A DNA stretch of 62,538 bases, counting the filler, from Chiloscyllium plagiosum (lineage: Eukaryota), in assembly GCF_004010195.1 (NCBI RefSeq). It is 3 parts of 2 records of this genome, joined end to end, with 100 filler letters (N's around TTAATTAATTAA, not from the genome) between each part and the next. Parts side by side here need not be neighbours in the genome. Positions count along the whole stretch, not along the records: positions 1 to 28,848 come from NC_057716.1; 2 more parts are not named here. One strand, written 5' to 3'. A model generated the notes under the pieces. That model ran no database searches, was not told the DNA's origin, and saw nothing but the letters and a program-made list of their open reading frames with translations. The translations under genes and the position numbers were made by a program. Shown one piece after another: positions 11,696-24,847 of this stretch (its first letter is position 1; every line of letters begins with the position of its first letter).

Positions 11696-12876
11696 AGACG
11701 GTTATTGCACGAACTCACTTCAAACGGGGCTTTGATGTATACCCTAAATGTTCGCGATTTTCAGTAATCGAGGAACAGGAGAAAAATAAATACGATTAAT
11801 CTCGTCTTTTATTTCCATGCCAGCCGATCATCAAAAATCCCTTCTTTTTATATTTCTGTCTTTCTCTATCTATTCAACTTACGCCTTCGCCGCTTCACAA
11901 CACTGTTCCCCAGATGTGTTCAGTTTTGATGTCAGGTCAGTGGACTTGAAATACCAATTCTGTTTTTTCTCTCGACCCAAGGCTTCCAAATCTGATCTGT
12001 TTCTCTGGCATTTTCTTTTTCTTTTTGCTTCTGATCTCTCGCATTATTCTTTGTTTGATTTAACCGTTAATATTTTTGTAATATAGGCTGTCTACAACGT
12101 TGTCAACAGCAGTATATGTTCACCTCACTAAATGCCCCTTAAAGCGATACCATTCCTGAAGATAGTACAGAGCCAAGCACATTGTTGTTATACTGAAGTC
12201 ACTCTTAATTTAGGCCAGGTATTGATGTTACACTTCAAGGACATCAGTGAAATAGGAAAGCTTTTGAACAAAATGCTGGTAGTGTTGTCGTTGCTATTGT
12301 TGAAATTTGCTTTTATTTCCTGTCATTTGACGTCATTTGTGGGACTATTTGATACATTGTATTTCATGTAATTACTTCTAAAATGTTTCAAAAATTCTGA
12401 ATAACATGTCCAGCGGCATTCTAATCTGACACAATGTCCTTATCATGCAGTTATTTTAGACACAAAAGCAAGGTTGTGGTCGAAATATTTGTTGCTGAAA
12501 GAGTGCTTACAAAAGAGCTGGAACCATAAAGTCTGAATTTTACCAAGGCATTAAATATGGTTTATATAGCAACAGCACTGACACAGAGACTGGGATTTTA
12601 TGGATCTGGTAGTGGACAAGTTTTGTAATGGAGACAATACTGAGATAGAAATCAATTCAGGGCAAAAGGGGATCCCGGGGATGTGAACAATTTTTGCCGG
12701 ATGGGTGATGTGCCAGTGGGGAGGTCTTAAGTATGTGGGCGATGAATGCAGGTTGTAATTAAAACTGAAAACCACAGATTTCGTCTTTGCCAAATATAGG
12801 CAATAGAAATAACCATGAAGTTCAACATGGCTTATGGGATTAATAAATAGATAGTGATACAGAGACTTATCAGGAA

Positions 12877-12986
12877 CAAGGAGAAAGTGAGGACTGCAGA
12901 TGCTGGAGATCAGAACTGAAAATGTGTTGCTGGAAAAGTGCAGCAGGCCAGGCAGCATCCAAGGAGCAGGAGAATCGACGTTTCGG
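12877..12986 (-). mobile_element. Penelope family A terminus truncated inside the hammerhead motif
   Basis: gagaaagtgaggactgcagatgctggagatcag..ggagcaggagaatcgacgtttcgg; same family as 7730-7830 and 30702-30888. Confidence 0.8.
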
Positions 12987-13985
12987 CATTCAAATTGTTG
13001 TACCGAAGAACGCACAAGCCACGTTTCAAGGACTCATTAACAGAGTTGTGCCTGGATTAAGAAATAACGTCGTTTACACTCAAGATATGGTGGTCTTTAG
13101 CCATTCATGAGAAGATCACACGGTACAGTTGACAAAGCTGTTAGAATAATTATTGAAAGCAAAACTGGAAATGCACCTAAAGAAAACAGAACTCACAAAG
13201 TTAAAAATCACAAAACACCAGATTATAGTCCAACAGGTTTAATTGGAAGCACTAACTTTCGGAACGCCGCTCCTTCATCAAGTGGTTGTGCAGTACACAA
13301 TTGTAAGTCATGGAATTTATAGCAAAAGATTATAATGTGATGTACCTGAAATTATACATTGAAATATGCCTTGATTGTTGATTCTCTCATCTGTTAGAAT
13401 GGCCATGATAGTTTCGCTTCTTTCTTCTGTCAATTATACTTTTTTTAAAAAAAATCTACATTCTCAGATTAACCGTAACAATTGGTGTCAGCCAGATAAG
13501 ATGTTAAGATGTTGACAGTGTTTGTTCCCTGTGTTCCCTTTCTGTGCCAAAACGTTTAGGCAGATTCTAATTGAAAAATGCGTTAACAGAGCTTTACATG
13601 GATTCATGTAGTTTTTGAGCAAAGTACAATTTCACACTGCAAACCCTTGCTATAAATTCTGTGTCTTACAATTGTGTAGTGCACAACAACTAGATGAAGG
13701 AGCGGCGCTCCGAAAGTTAGTGCTTCCAATTAAACCTGTTGGACTATAATCTGGTGTTTTGTGATTTTTAACTTTGTGAGTTCTGTTTTCTTTAGGTGCA
13801 TTTCCAGTTTTGCTTTCAATAATTATTCTAACAGCTTTGTCAACTGTACTGTGTGATCTTCTCATGAATAGCTAAAGACCAACACATCTTGAGTGTAAAC
13901 GACGCTATTTCTTAATCCAGGCACAACTCTGTTCATGAGTCCTTGAAACGTGGCTTGTGCGTTATTCGGTACAACAATTTGAATG
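12987..13985. repeat. Large inverted repeat: 339-bp arms (12987-13325, 13647-13985), 321-bp spacer
   Basis: Arms aligned by eye with ~14 mismatches (~96%); mirrored ORFs 13107+ and 13865-. Confidence 0.95.
13195..13777. mobile_element. Penelope-like element (family B) 3' region with inverted termini and degenerate hammerheads
   Basis: cacaacaactagatgaaggagcggcgctccgaaagttagtg at ~13682-13722 and its inverse at ~13250-13290; terminus gtgatttttaactttgt. Confidence 0.7.
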
Positions 13986-16900
13986 GATACAGCCCATCTG
14001 GGGCTACAAACACAGACACATTTTTCGCTTTCTCTGGCCAAGTAAACTGTCTGTATCCATGCAGTAAGTCCAACGGTGTGATGGAACTGGCTTTTACAAG
14101 TCTCTCCGTAAGTCCTCCAATCTTAGTATTGGATCGGTGTTTAATTTTGAATCAGTGTTAACCTTCCAATAGTCCACAGAAAATCGGTGAGTCTCATCAG
14201 GTTTGGGAACTAACACGATCAGAGGCCTGGAATCAATCTGGCTCTGTTCAATGACGTCTTCATTGAGATCAAATCCACTTCATTCTGGTCCAGTGTGGCT
14301 ATGAAAGGATAAATACTGTATTGGTATTGTTTTATCGGAACAGCATTCCCGACTTGGACCCAATGTTCAATAGTATTAGTTCTCCCACATTATTCCTGCA
14401 TATGTCCTGATCTTGCAGCAACAAACTTTTGAAATGTGTTCTTACTCCTGAGACAGGCAGCTGAGTCTCCTATCCCATTCTTCAAGACTTTCTCATTATT
14501 TAACGTAACTTGAGGCACATCAAAATCCACGACATTTCGACGTGATTCCTCACTTGGTAGGTCAGTATCTAACACCTGTTTCGCCACTTCCCTGTCTATA
14601 TTGAAATAAGATTTCAACATATTTACATCTCATACAGAATAAAGGTTTTGTTCCAACTAGCAACCTTACCAGATAGTTTACCTGACGCAACTATTTTTTT
14701 CTCAATTTCAATTTGATAGGGGCCACTAAACCTGCTTTTGATGCGATCTCCTACCTTTGGTAACAATACTAATACGTCGGCCCCACGAGAAAATGTCCGA
14801 ATTTTGAGTTTCTCTCTGCCAACTGCTTCATTCTATGCTGTGCCCTCTTCAGGTGCTGTTTAACTCACTCACCCCTACCCGATTTAATATTTCCCTCATC
14901 TCCTATGCATATTCCAAAAGTGACATCACTTTGGTCCCATCAATTTTTCATGAATTCGTTTTAAAGCCCACTCATTTCTTGTCCATACATTAACTCAAAT
15001 AAGTAAACTGATTAGATTCGTTTGGGGCATCTCGATAGGCAGACAATATGACTGGGATACCTTCATTCTAATCAATTGTGTAATCCTGATAATGCGGTCT
15101 TAACATTGTCTTCATGGTCTAATACCACTTTTTCAAGGCTCCGTGCGATCCAGGATATTACGGACTTGGATTAAAATTCTGCATGCCTATACTATCCATG
15201 ACTTACTTCAAAAGGCGAGCAGTAAAATTATACACGTGGCCTGATTAATTCACTCTGGGTAGCCCACTCCAGAAAGCGACCAACTTCTCCACCACCAAGT
15301 TTTCCTTAATACTTCGTTCATGAATTGCCTCTGGAAATCTGGAAGTCATATCGATTATGGTGAGCAAGTATTGGTTCCCACTCTTACGTTTCGGGAGGGG
15401 ACCTGCACAGTTAACTATAACTCACGTGAAAGGTTCTCCATATGCAGGAATTGGCAAAAAAGTTGCTGGTTTTAATACCGCCTGTGGCTTAACTCCCATT
15501 TGGCAGGTATGACATATGCGGGAAAATTCAACCACATCTTTGTACAGTCCACGCCATTGGAAAAGCTGCGAAAATCAGCCTGACTCTTCCTCACATCTAG
15601 CTGACCTTTTATTGTAATTCATTTACTATATTTAACATCTCCTGCTTGTATGCTACTGGCAATACTTCTGTCCATTTCTCCTGTGCACTAACCTGCCGAG
15701 GTCTCCATTTTCATTTTAGGATGCTCTGCTTCCTTTCTTATTACCTCATATTTTTGTGCATTTGCGTTAGCCTATTAGTACGAAACATGACTGCCTTGCT
15801 GTCTGCCTGTTCAGGATTTTCCTGCACCATTACATCAGAAAGAGTGTCCGTTAACTGAACCTCAGCACCCTCATTTTTCACTTTAGTTGTCCACTTCTTG
15901 CTTTAACTTATGGCAATGGGATCTTGTTATAATACTGTTTAGAAGCATTCCAGGGTACCTCTCTTTGAACTACTCAGTTTCCTGGTCATCCTTTGGCTTC
16001 TTCAAAACCAGGGGCTTCACACCCACATTGGATCCTGACAAAACATTGCCAAGAATAACCTGTTTTCCTGGAAATGACATTGTCGATCACTTCCACTGTT
16101 ACTTCCCAAGTCTTGATTTGGATCTCCAAACTGATCTTACGCAAGGGAAAGTTACATTTCTGCCAATATAATCCACAAGTTATTACTTTCTCGGGTAACA
16201 TGTGGGAAAGATTGAAAACACTTTCATCTCTTACTGTTTGCCTTCTTATCCTGTTCTTCATGTATAATCTTTACCCACAGTGGTGAAGTCTTCCCAGAGG
16301 TCAATATCCAGCCCCTGCCTCAGCTGTGCAATTTCCTACAACTCCTCGACTTTCCCTGGGGGCTCCTTTCCTATGTTCGCTAATGTTACTGACCTAGTCT
16401 CTTTTTATGTCAGCTAGTCCGACAGTATCTTTCTTCAATGAACAATGCAGTGACTTTTTGTTCCCACTTACCACAATGGATACCTTGGTATCAGTGAAGA
16501 ATGACGAGGCCTTGCACATCCTTGGTTTTCTCTTTTCACTTCCGGTAAACTATTCCCAGTTTTGCGGTGAAGCATCACCCCTTGTCCCAATTTTATCCCT
16601 TACTGGATGAAATTCATGTTGGAATGTATATATTACGTGCGACACGAATGCATATTCATCTGCCATCTCTGCCTCTCGTCTCACTTCTTGAAAGTTCTGT
16701 TCGTCAACATCTCTGGAAGTGAGTTTGTAACCTCGTTCAGCATGGAGTCTCATAGGTCTTTTCTGTTTTTAAGTCCCGCACAAAAAATTACTATGATTAA
16801 TATTTTTTTAAAGATCAACATATATCTGATCTGCTACCTTATTGATGTCGGTGATTCATTGACACTTTGCTTCTTGTATCAATTCATAAGCAGTGAAAAT

Positions 16901-17629
16901 AGCCAGTTTAACAACGTCATGATCTCTTGACCGCGCTGAGAGCGCTGCATATACCTCACTGCCCTACCTTCCAGCTTCGTCTGAATTAGCATTCCCCAAA
17001 ATGTCTCTGACGACTCCATCTGCCGAGCTAGTTTTTCAAACGAAATAAAGAAGGCTTCGTCATCTTTCTCATCGGAATGCGGCAATGTTTGAAAACAGTT
17101 GAATAAATACCTACACCCTTGCTTCATGCATAAAATGTTAACTTCACGTTTCTGACCAGTTTACAACTGCTGAAGTCCAAATTATCTCTCCCTTTCCGTT
17201 TCTCTTTCTTTACTCTCTGTGCTCATCTAAGAACCTTCTCTCCTGTTTTTATTTCTCTTTATCTTTCTTCTCACTCTTTTTCATTCTCCCACTTTCTCTT
17301 TCTTATTGCACAGGGAAGAACCTTCTCTCTTTTTTTCTTCAAACTCAATTTGAATAATTTTCAATTTAATTTTCCTAACTGAATTGCACTTGTCTGTTTC
17401 TCCCATATGCCTAACTGATTGACCAAGTCCATTACAATTTCAGCTTTCCATTTGTCCCGGGGTAAAACGAATTTTAAGCTGTCAGATAATAACAAAAGTA
17501 TATCTGTCCTCTATCATTCTCAACTTCCTTGGCAAATTTGGAAAAAATCATAAAAACACGGAACGTCTTTAGCATGGTAAGTGCCATTTCCCTCACTTTC
17601 AATTTAAACAAACACAAATGACTGCAATT

Positions 17630-17930
17630 AAGCGCCACGGTGGCTCAGTCGTTAGCACTGCAGCATTAGCGTACTAGTATCCCAAGTTCGATTCCAGCCT
17701 CGCGTGATTGTCTGTGTGGCGTTTGCATATTCTCCCCATGTCTGCATGGGCTTCCAAAAGGTGCTCTGGCTTCCTTTCATAGTGCAAAGTTGTGCAGGTC
17801 AGGTGAATTGCCCACAGCGTTCGGTGCATTAGTCAGAGGGAAATGGATCAGGGTGAGTTACTCTTCAGAGAGTCGGGGGGACGTTTTCGGTGAAGGGCCA
17901 GATTCTGCATAGATGGGAATCTAAACTAAA
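17630..17930 (+). mobile_element. HE1-type SINE (older copy)
   Basis: A box tggctcagtcg, B box agttcgattcc, V-domain gtgtggcgtttgcatattctcccc, CR1-like tail gaagggcc. Confidence 0.85.
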
Positions 17931-18035
17931 CGCTTTCTTTCACCTCCAGTTTATTTAAATATCCAGGGCACCAATGGCCAACAGTTTAGATCTGCTGGGG
18001 TCTTTCGAACTTCAATTATATTCAAACATGTCCAA

Positions 18036-18053
18036 ATCCCAAACGAACACTCA
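18036..18053 (-). promoter_or_regulatory. Degenerate tRNA-Pro primer-binding site
   Basis: Plus strand atcccaaacgaacactca vs tRNA-Pro 3' end ATCCCGGACGAGCCCCCA (13/18), adjacent to the LTR. Confidence 0.5.
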
Positions 18054-19771
18054 ATCAGTAACAGCGCATATTTCAAAACTCTCTGTTAATTAAAACCAAA
18101 CACCCAGAAAAAAAAAGAAGTGTGAGGGACTGAAAGGAAACTCTTAATTTCCACTACCTAAATCAAATTGACAATTTAGTAGAACACCCCAAGCAAAACT
18201 ATTAACAAACTTAATTTTCCTTCACCTAACTGAACACGATCCTATTGGCATGCTATTCCAATAACATAATTATTAAACATTACATTGAATTAATTTCAAA
18301 TCCATACAGTCTCTGTCTCCTCCTTTGCCTTCAATCGCCTGTCTGCTGATCTCCCTTGGTCGTCTTTATTTTTACTCCGAGTACGTTTGACTAGAAAATG
18401 TATCTTTTTGATAGAGTGCCTTCTGATTTCTTTGACAGTGAGAGTTTAGATGGGCCGTTCGATCTCTGGCGACACAGCTGTTGCTCTGCTGTTCAGTGGC
18501 AGTTGCTCTGATCAATTTTCAAAATGCCCTCTTTTTTATTCACCCACAATCTTTCCCTGTCACTGGTTCTATGTTGATAAATCAAGAAATTCAAACTCGA
18601 TTTGGTTTCAGTATGCTGGGCAGACCTTAAACTTTGAATTGATGTCAAAACAGCAATCATAACTTACGTATCCATTTAACAGCCAACTGTTACATACGTA
18701 TATTTTGGAACATGTCATCTCGCAGCCTTTCCATTCAGACAGCTGAGCCTGCACTTTGAGTTCACTTCAATATTCAGAAAACCATCGCCATTTTAAAATG
18801 GGCATGCATGTTTTGGCTTATTAAATTTAGACATTTTAATGACGCAATTTATTTATTAAGGTTAATAGTCCATGTGCGTATCGAATTAATGTTTTTTTTT
18901 TCTCCAAATTATTTGCAATTACCTAAAGCTCGTATATTTCAGTGAGAAATTAAATAGTTTAATTAAATTTAAAGTCATAAGAAATGTAAATCTATTTGAT
19001 TACTCAATTGATTACTTTGATTGCTCACTGTGAATACCAACGGTTCAGAGAACAACAACCTGTGAAATGTTAGAGTGACAATGTATTCATTTGAATACTG
19101 ACAATGAATATGTAATTGTGATCACCACAACAATGAGACAACATATTATCTGTTCTGTATAAAATAACATGCTTTTTTGTATCATAAAGTGTTTCCATTA
19201 ATTTACATTTTATTTCCATAAAGAAAGCTACAACGTAATTGTTCTCAGAGATAATCCAAGTATTGTTCAGCGAAATATTCAGAGTTCACATGTTATTGTT
19301 GCCAATTCACACAACACAGTAACTATCTTATTGTTGTTCAGACTGAGAAACTAATCATTTACAATCACGTCCTATATTAAAAATGGCTTCCCAAGGACCT
19401 GAATCAAGGGACAGTGTCACTGTAACTCAGAGCTGCCTGTGATTTTGACCCTGCTCCTAAGTCTTTGCAGAAAGCTTACAACCTGGATTAGGGCAGTTGT
19501 TCCAACACTCCTTCACAGCAAATTATAAGGACTTCATCATGAATCGGAGGGAAACTAGCCAATGGTGATAAGTGGTCATCGTGTAGGTCCCAAATGCAGT
19601 CTAAATTAGATACCAATGACCGATCAGCAACTCGGTCTTACAAACTCATCTTCAGCCCCAGTCTTGCGCAGGGTGCAAATGTATGGAATGCTATGAAGGT
19701 GTGGATGTGTACGATACCTGAAAAGCTAGCAGAACTGCTTGAGAGCACCAAGTGTTCTGAATCAGATGCAA

Positions 19772-20374
19772 TGTAACATGTGGTCCAGCAGCTAGGATAG
19801 CTGTTTGTCTGGAGGTGAAAAAATATTTGAATTCGGCCAATCGTTTTATATTATACCCCGAAAAATACCAAATTCCTTTCAAGTTTGAATTTGGGACATT
19901 GACAATATGAAATTCCAGTGAAACCATCCGATGCTTGGTGGTCTAAACCCGAGAAAACGTGAAGATGGAAGACAGCTGCCAAAAGACAAACAGAGGTGGG
20001 CTGCTCGTCAGAACTCTCTGAGAGATACCTGTCTAGAGAAGGAGTTTGCGCAGAGTGAAGAAAATATCGACACCGACTGGAAAGCAAATCTACAGAGGAA
20101 GATACATAGGGAAGATCCGATAGCTGGCTGTTTTTTGAAATCTGAAAATCTTACTCGGGCGTTTTATAGAAAGGAACGGAATTGATAGGTTAAAGGAAAG
20201 AGTTGTAATCAATTGTTAGTTAATTATTTTCTGTTATACCTAATGAAACAAAATTGTTAATTTTTACTTTACGTCGTTCCTGGCCTCCCGAATTTTCAGA
20301 GATTACTGAACAAAATTAATCCTTTCTCTGTAATGGTTTAAGTTAAGCACGGGGGTTTACCTCGTGTCGTAACA
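19772..20374 (+). mobile_element. Probable solo gypsy LTR
   Basis: tgtaac ... ggggtttacctcgtgtcgtaaca ends; no clear TSD; 5' boundary uncertain. Confidence 0.5.
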
Positions 20375-20508
20375 GGGGTTGCCAATATCACACACCACAA
20401 GCCTATTATAGTGATGATATCTGCCATACCTGCCAGATTCCCAATACCAAAATCCTTGATCTGACACAGGGCGAAGAAATTAACAACTTGATAGTTTCCT
20501 GTAGTCCT

Positions 20509-20878
20509 GTGGGCGGCACGGTGGCACAGTGGTGTGGGTGGCACGGTGGCACGGTGGTTGTGGGCGGCACGGTGGCACAGTGGTTAGCACTGCTGCCTCA
20601 CAGCGCCAGAGACCCGGGTTCAATTCCCGCCTCAGGTGACTGAATGTGTGGAGTTTGCACGTTCTCCCCCTGTCTGCGTGGGTTTCCTCCGGGTGCTTCA
20701 GTTTCCTCCCACAGTCCAAAGATGTGCAGGTTAGGTGAATTGGCCATGCTAAATTGCCCGTAGTGTTAGGTAAGGGGTAAATTTAGGGGTATGGGTGGGT
20801 TGCGCTTCAGCGGGTCGGTGTGGACTTGTTGGGCCGAAGGGCCTGTTTCCACACTGTAATGTAATGTAAGCTAATCTA
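20509..20878 (+). mobile_element. HE1-type SINE (young copy) with triplicated 5' A-box unit
   Basis: gggcggcacggtggcacagtggtt x3; B box ggttcaattcc; V-domain; tail gggccgaagggcctgtttccacactgtaatgtaatgtaa. Confidence 0.95.
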
Positions 20879-22070
20879 TAACACCTTGTGTCGAACGCTA
20901 AACCATATTCAGTATATAATCACCTTCACATTTATCAGTGTGAAAATAAAACTGCACATCTGCATGGATGGCCATAGATTAATACATGGGAAACTGAACC
21001 TTCTTGTAAGTAGGTTTAGAGATCAGACCTGCAGAGTCCATCTGAAATAAAAAACAGCAAATATCAACCCGAGCATCACGTTAATCAGTGAACTTTGCGG
21101 ATTCTGTCTAGTGTTGGTCACACATACACATATTGTACTTGACACGCAGTTGAATGTAACAATGTGCAAAATAACTGGATATCTTGGCCTAACGCCGCTC
21201 CCCAGCTTCTTGAACTCACATATCTCACTCCCTCACACACTCACCACAAACTGAGTGAAAAAGTCTGTCATTCACCTCAACTTGTCCCACTCCATAATGT
21301 CCTGTTCAACCCATGACTGGTTGCTTTCCATTTCATGGGTATATACGGTACTATCTTCCTGACCGGTTAGGGTTTCCACTACCCTGTGGATTTTGGAATG
21401 GATAACATTAGAATCCACCAAACATTTCCTTGTGAGAAATTTCATCTAGCGAGAGACATGTTTGAACTACCATGTGGAGAGTGATCATTGTTCATAAAGG
21501 GTCAGCACAAGCCAGTACCCTGCACAGACCAGAAGCATCGCTGGGAGCACACGCACTTGTGCAGAACACAAACAATGTTGCCCCATTGCTGAGTATTGTC
21601 CGCTCTGCACACTGTAAGGGGAGATAATCACTAGAAACCCATGATATGTGGCGGTGATTGCTCACTTCGGGAAAGTTGCATTTGATGCAGCAAATTTATA
21701 AAAAAGAAATGATGATTCTACATATGGCATTTTTTACAGATTCATAGTTATAGTTTTGGTTCATAGATTGTGAAGCCTGATAACAAACAGTGAATGACTG
21801 TAGAACCCAGAGGTATAGACTGTTCTGGGTATTATATTCTCATCAGAAGGTCTTTACCTTAATGCTGTCAGCATCATAGATCAGACAGATCTGTTAAGGG
21901 AATAGATTGACATTTGAAATTGTGACATTTTTGCCATCATTATTGTGGCTGAAGGAGGTTAGGATTAGCATGTCAATATTCTGTGGTATCGAAACTACAA
22001 GCAGGAGATGATATGACTTTATTAATTGAGCGGTCAATTACTGCATTAAAGAAGAATGATATATTGGAAG

Positions 22071-24845
22071 AGTTATGACACCGAATAATCCCCCTTCGAT
22101 TTTAAACGAACCAGACAGAAAAAGCTCACTTTGCATCCTAAGCTGTTAAATGTTGTGTGTCAAAGAACTATCCCAGATCTCACTATTTAACTGAAAAATT
22201 CACGTCTTTATTCTTTAAGTCCATAGCACAGCAACTATTCACAACTCCTTTCTCTCAAACCTATCTTTGAACTCCCCTTCTACAATGCGAGTATGATCAA
22301 AACCCCGATTAAGTTTTACAAAGAAAATTTCTTGTTTCAAAACCAGGCAGATTTCAGTTCTTCTCTGTAGATTCCTGTCTTAGTTTCTTCTTAGGTGTTC
22401 TGCTTCACAAATCTTTGATAGATAAAGGGATTTTACAGAGAGCAGGTATTTCTGTAATCAGTCCCACCTTTTTGGTGCTTGTTGATTTATCCGCTCAGAA
22501 TAGCTGTTCGAAATATATGACATTTACACCAGAAACATCGGATCCTATGATTGGGGTAGTGCTGTCAAACAAGATATTTCTAAATTCGTTTGGAGTTTGT
22601 TTAACTTGGCGCATCATTTAAACTGATTGGCTAAATTCGAATTTGTTGTATACAATAGCAACAAAGCTGCAGCCGGTTATTTCAAAAAACTGTTACATTT
22701 TAAATCATTCGGAACATTTCGTGACAGCCATTAATTTTAACTCCCTTTAAGGTAGAGTACACGTTGAAAATTTCGTAACACCTCCTTCCTTCAGAAAAAA
22801 TGAACTACCATAACGAAAATGTGGTTTCATTTTTTTCTCTATTCCATTAACGCATCACAATAACATATAGATAAGTTTAATCTAAGTTACTCTTCACTTC
22901 TTCCCATATATATAGAACATTGGATAACTATGAATTACATCGAAACTTTATCAGTTAACTCCATGATAATGCTTCTGCGTTTATCACAACCACAACATGC
23001 GCGATATTTAAGTTCAAAATCTGTAACATTCACCTAGAATGAAACGGTCTCATATTCTTGCGTTTAAGACCATTCTAAGAATGTAAACGGATTGTGATCT
23101 TTGTACACAATCGGCTCCGACTATGATTCGTGACATATACATTAAAATGTTGTTAACCTAGTACGAAACTCAATAATTCGTTTACAGTCATACAGCGTTT
23201 CCTCTCGTGGACTTTGAGTTTATTCAAAAAGCAACCAACTGGTAGTTCAACTCCATCAACATCTTCCTTTCAAATTGTTTACGTTTATTACAAGTTTTGC
23301 ATCTCAGAGTTGTTCAAAGAGCTCTACTAACCATACCATGTGATCTTTCCAGGACTTACTAATGATCAATACATCGTCCAAATAGACTGCACAGTTTGTT
23401 AACTAAGCCACAAATCGGCTCATGAGTCTTTGGAATGTGGCAGGTGCATTTGTTTTTCATTTCATTGACGTAGCCCAATTGGGGTTGCAAACACAAACAT
23501 CTCTTTTGCCATGTCTGATAAAGGTATCTGCCAGTGAACTTGCACTAATTCCAACTTGGTGTTGTAACTAGCTCATCCAACTTTCTCGATACAGTCCTCC
23601 AATGTCAGTATTTGATATAAGCCTGATTTTGTAACTGTGCTCCTGTTTCGATAATTCACACAAAACTGTTGAGTCACGTCAGGTTTGGGAACTAAGATGA
23701 TCGACGAACTCCACTCGCTCTGGCTTGATTTGATGACGTCCTTGTTGAGCATGGCTTTCACCTCCTTCTGGATATGTTTGGATTTGAATGGATTAAGACG
23801 ATGGGAAGTTGATTTATCAGAATTGCATTCCCTAGGTCCACGTCATGCACAGTAGCATTATTCCTCCCTATCTGATTCCTGCACATGTCCTCATAATGCA
23901 GGAATCAATCTTCCAACTGCGTTGTTTCCTCCTGAGTCAAATAGTTCATTAACCTATCCCAAACCTCAAAGACTTCTTCATTTTTAATATATTCTGACCC
24001 ACATTAAAAGCCACAAGAACTGAATCTGATTCATTTCTCTGCCAGGCAGTAATACCTGTTTCTCCAGTTCTTTCTGTCGACTGTAATACGGTTTTAACAT
24101 GTTCCCACCACCTACTGAGACAGTTTTTTTTTCTAACTTGCATCTTTACAGTCTAGTTCGCTTGACACAACGTTTTCTCAATTTGAAAGGAACCATTACA
24201 TCTGGCTTTGAAGGGCTCTGCTATCAGTGTAACAATACGAACACGCCATCTGCACTAGAAAACATCCGACTCGCAGAGTTTTTTTTTTGTCCTGCCACCC
24301 GCTTCTTTGTCAAATATGCCCTTTTAAAGCGCTGTTTACCGAAGTCACTTACTAGATTTAATCTTTCCCTCACCTCCAATACATAATCGATGGGTGAGAT
24401 CTCCGACTTTGGTCCTGTCAGTTTCTCATTAATTACTTACAAAGCGCCTCTCAGTTCATGCCCGAATATTAATTCAAATGGAGTGAATTGTGTAGATTCG
24501 TTTGGTGTAACTCTAATGGAAAAAAAATACGAGTGGGATGCCTTTATCTCAATAAATCAGGTAATTGTGGCAGTTAGATCTCAACGTGGTCTTCAAGGTC
24601 TGATGCCAATTTTCTACAGGTCCCTGTGATTCAGGATGATACGCGCTGGATTTCAAATGCTGTATACCTAAGCTATCCATAACCTCCTTAAACAGCCTAG
24701 CAGTAAAATGTGACCCTTGACCGACTGAATGTTTCTGGATAGCCCATACTGAACGATGAAAGCTGCCAACTCCTCTACCACAATTTGGGCCTTGAAACTC
24801 CACAATGGAATTGTCTCTGGAACTCTCCTATGACGCATTCATTAC
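22071..24845 (-). mobile_element. 3' half of a second Gmr1-like gypsy element: integrase, RT, RNase H, PPT, 3'LTR (22071-22780)
   Basis: IN GQGSHFTARLF..SSAYHPESQGPVENWHQTLK (24730-24580); RT IKSSQSEWSSSIILVPKPD, NAPATFQRLM..VYLDDVL (23730-23370); RH AEALS (~22970); PPT gaaggaaggagg (22781-22792) next to LTR start tgttacg. Confidence 0.88.
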
Positions 24846-24847
24846 GA

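Larger units (their letters stand above)
13778..18790 (-). mobile_element. Decayed Gmr1-like Ty3/gypsy element: 5'LTR, gag, protease region, integrase, RT (truncated)
   Basis: Gag LPHSDEKDDEAFFISFEKLARQM (17080-16960) and CFHCGK; IN FQWRGLYKDVVEFSRICHTCQ, GPLPKRKSGNQYLLTIID..SRFPEA (15560-15320); RT LDLLHGYRQ..APDGLY..NAQATFQ (14080-13900); PBS-like 18036-18053; LTR ~18056-18790. Confidence 0.85.

Noticed and set aside
13107..13865. Two near-identical 71-aa ORFs as a duplicated small gene
   Set aside because: They are off-frame readings across the gypsy/Penelope junction in the two arms of the inverted repeat.
20560..20635. tRNA gene (also 17632-17700 and 58778-58850)
   Set aside because: A/B boxes run into SINE body sequence; no complete cloverleaf or T-run terminator.
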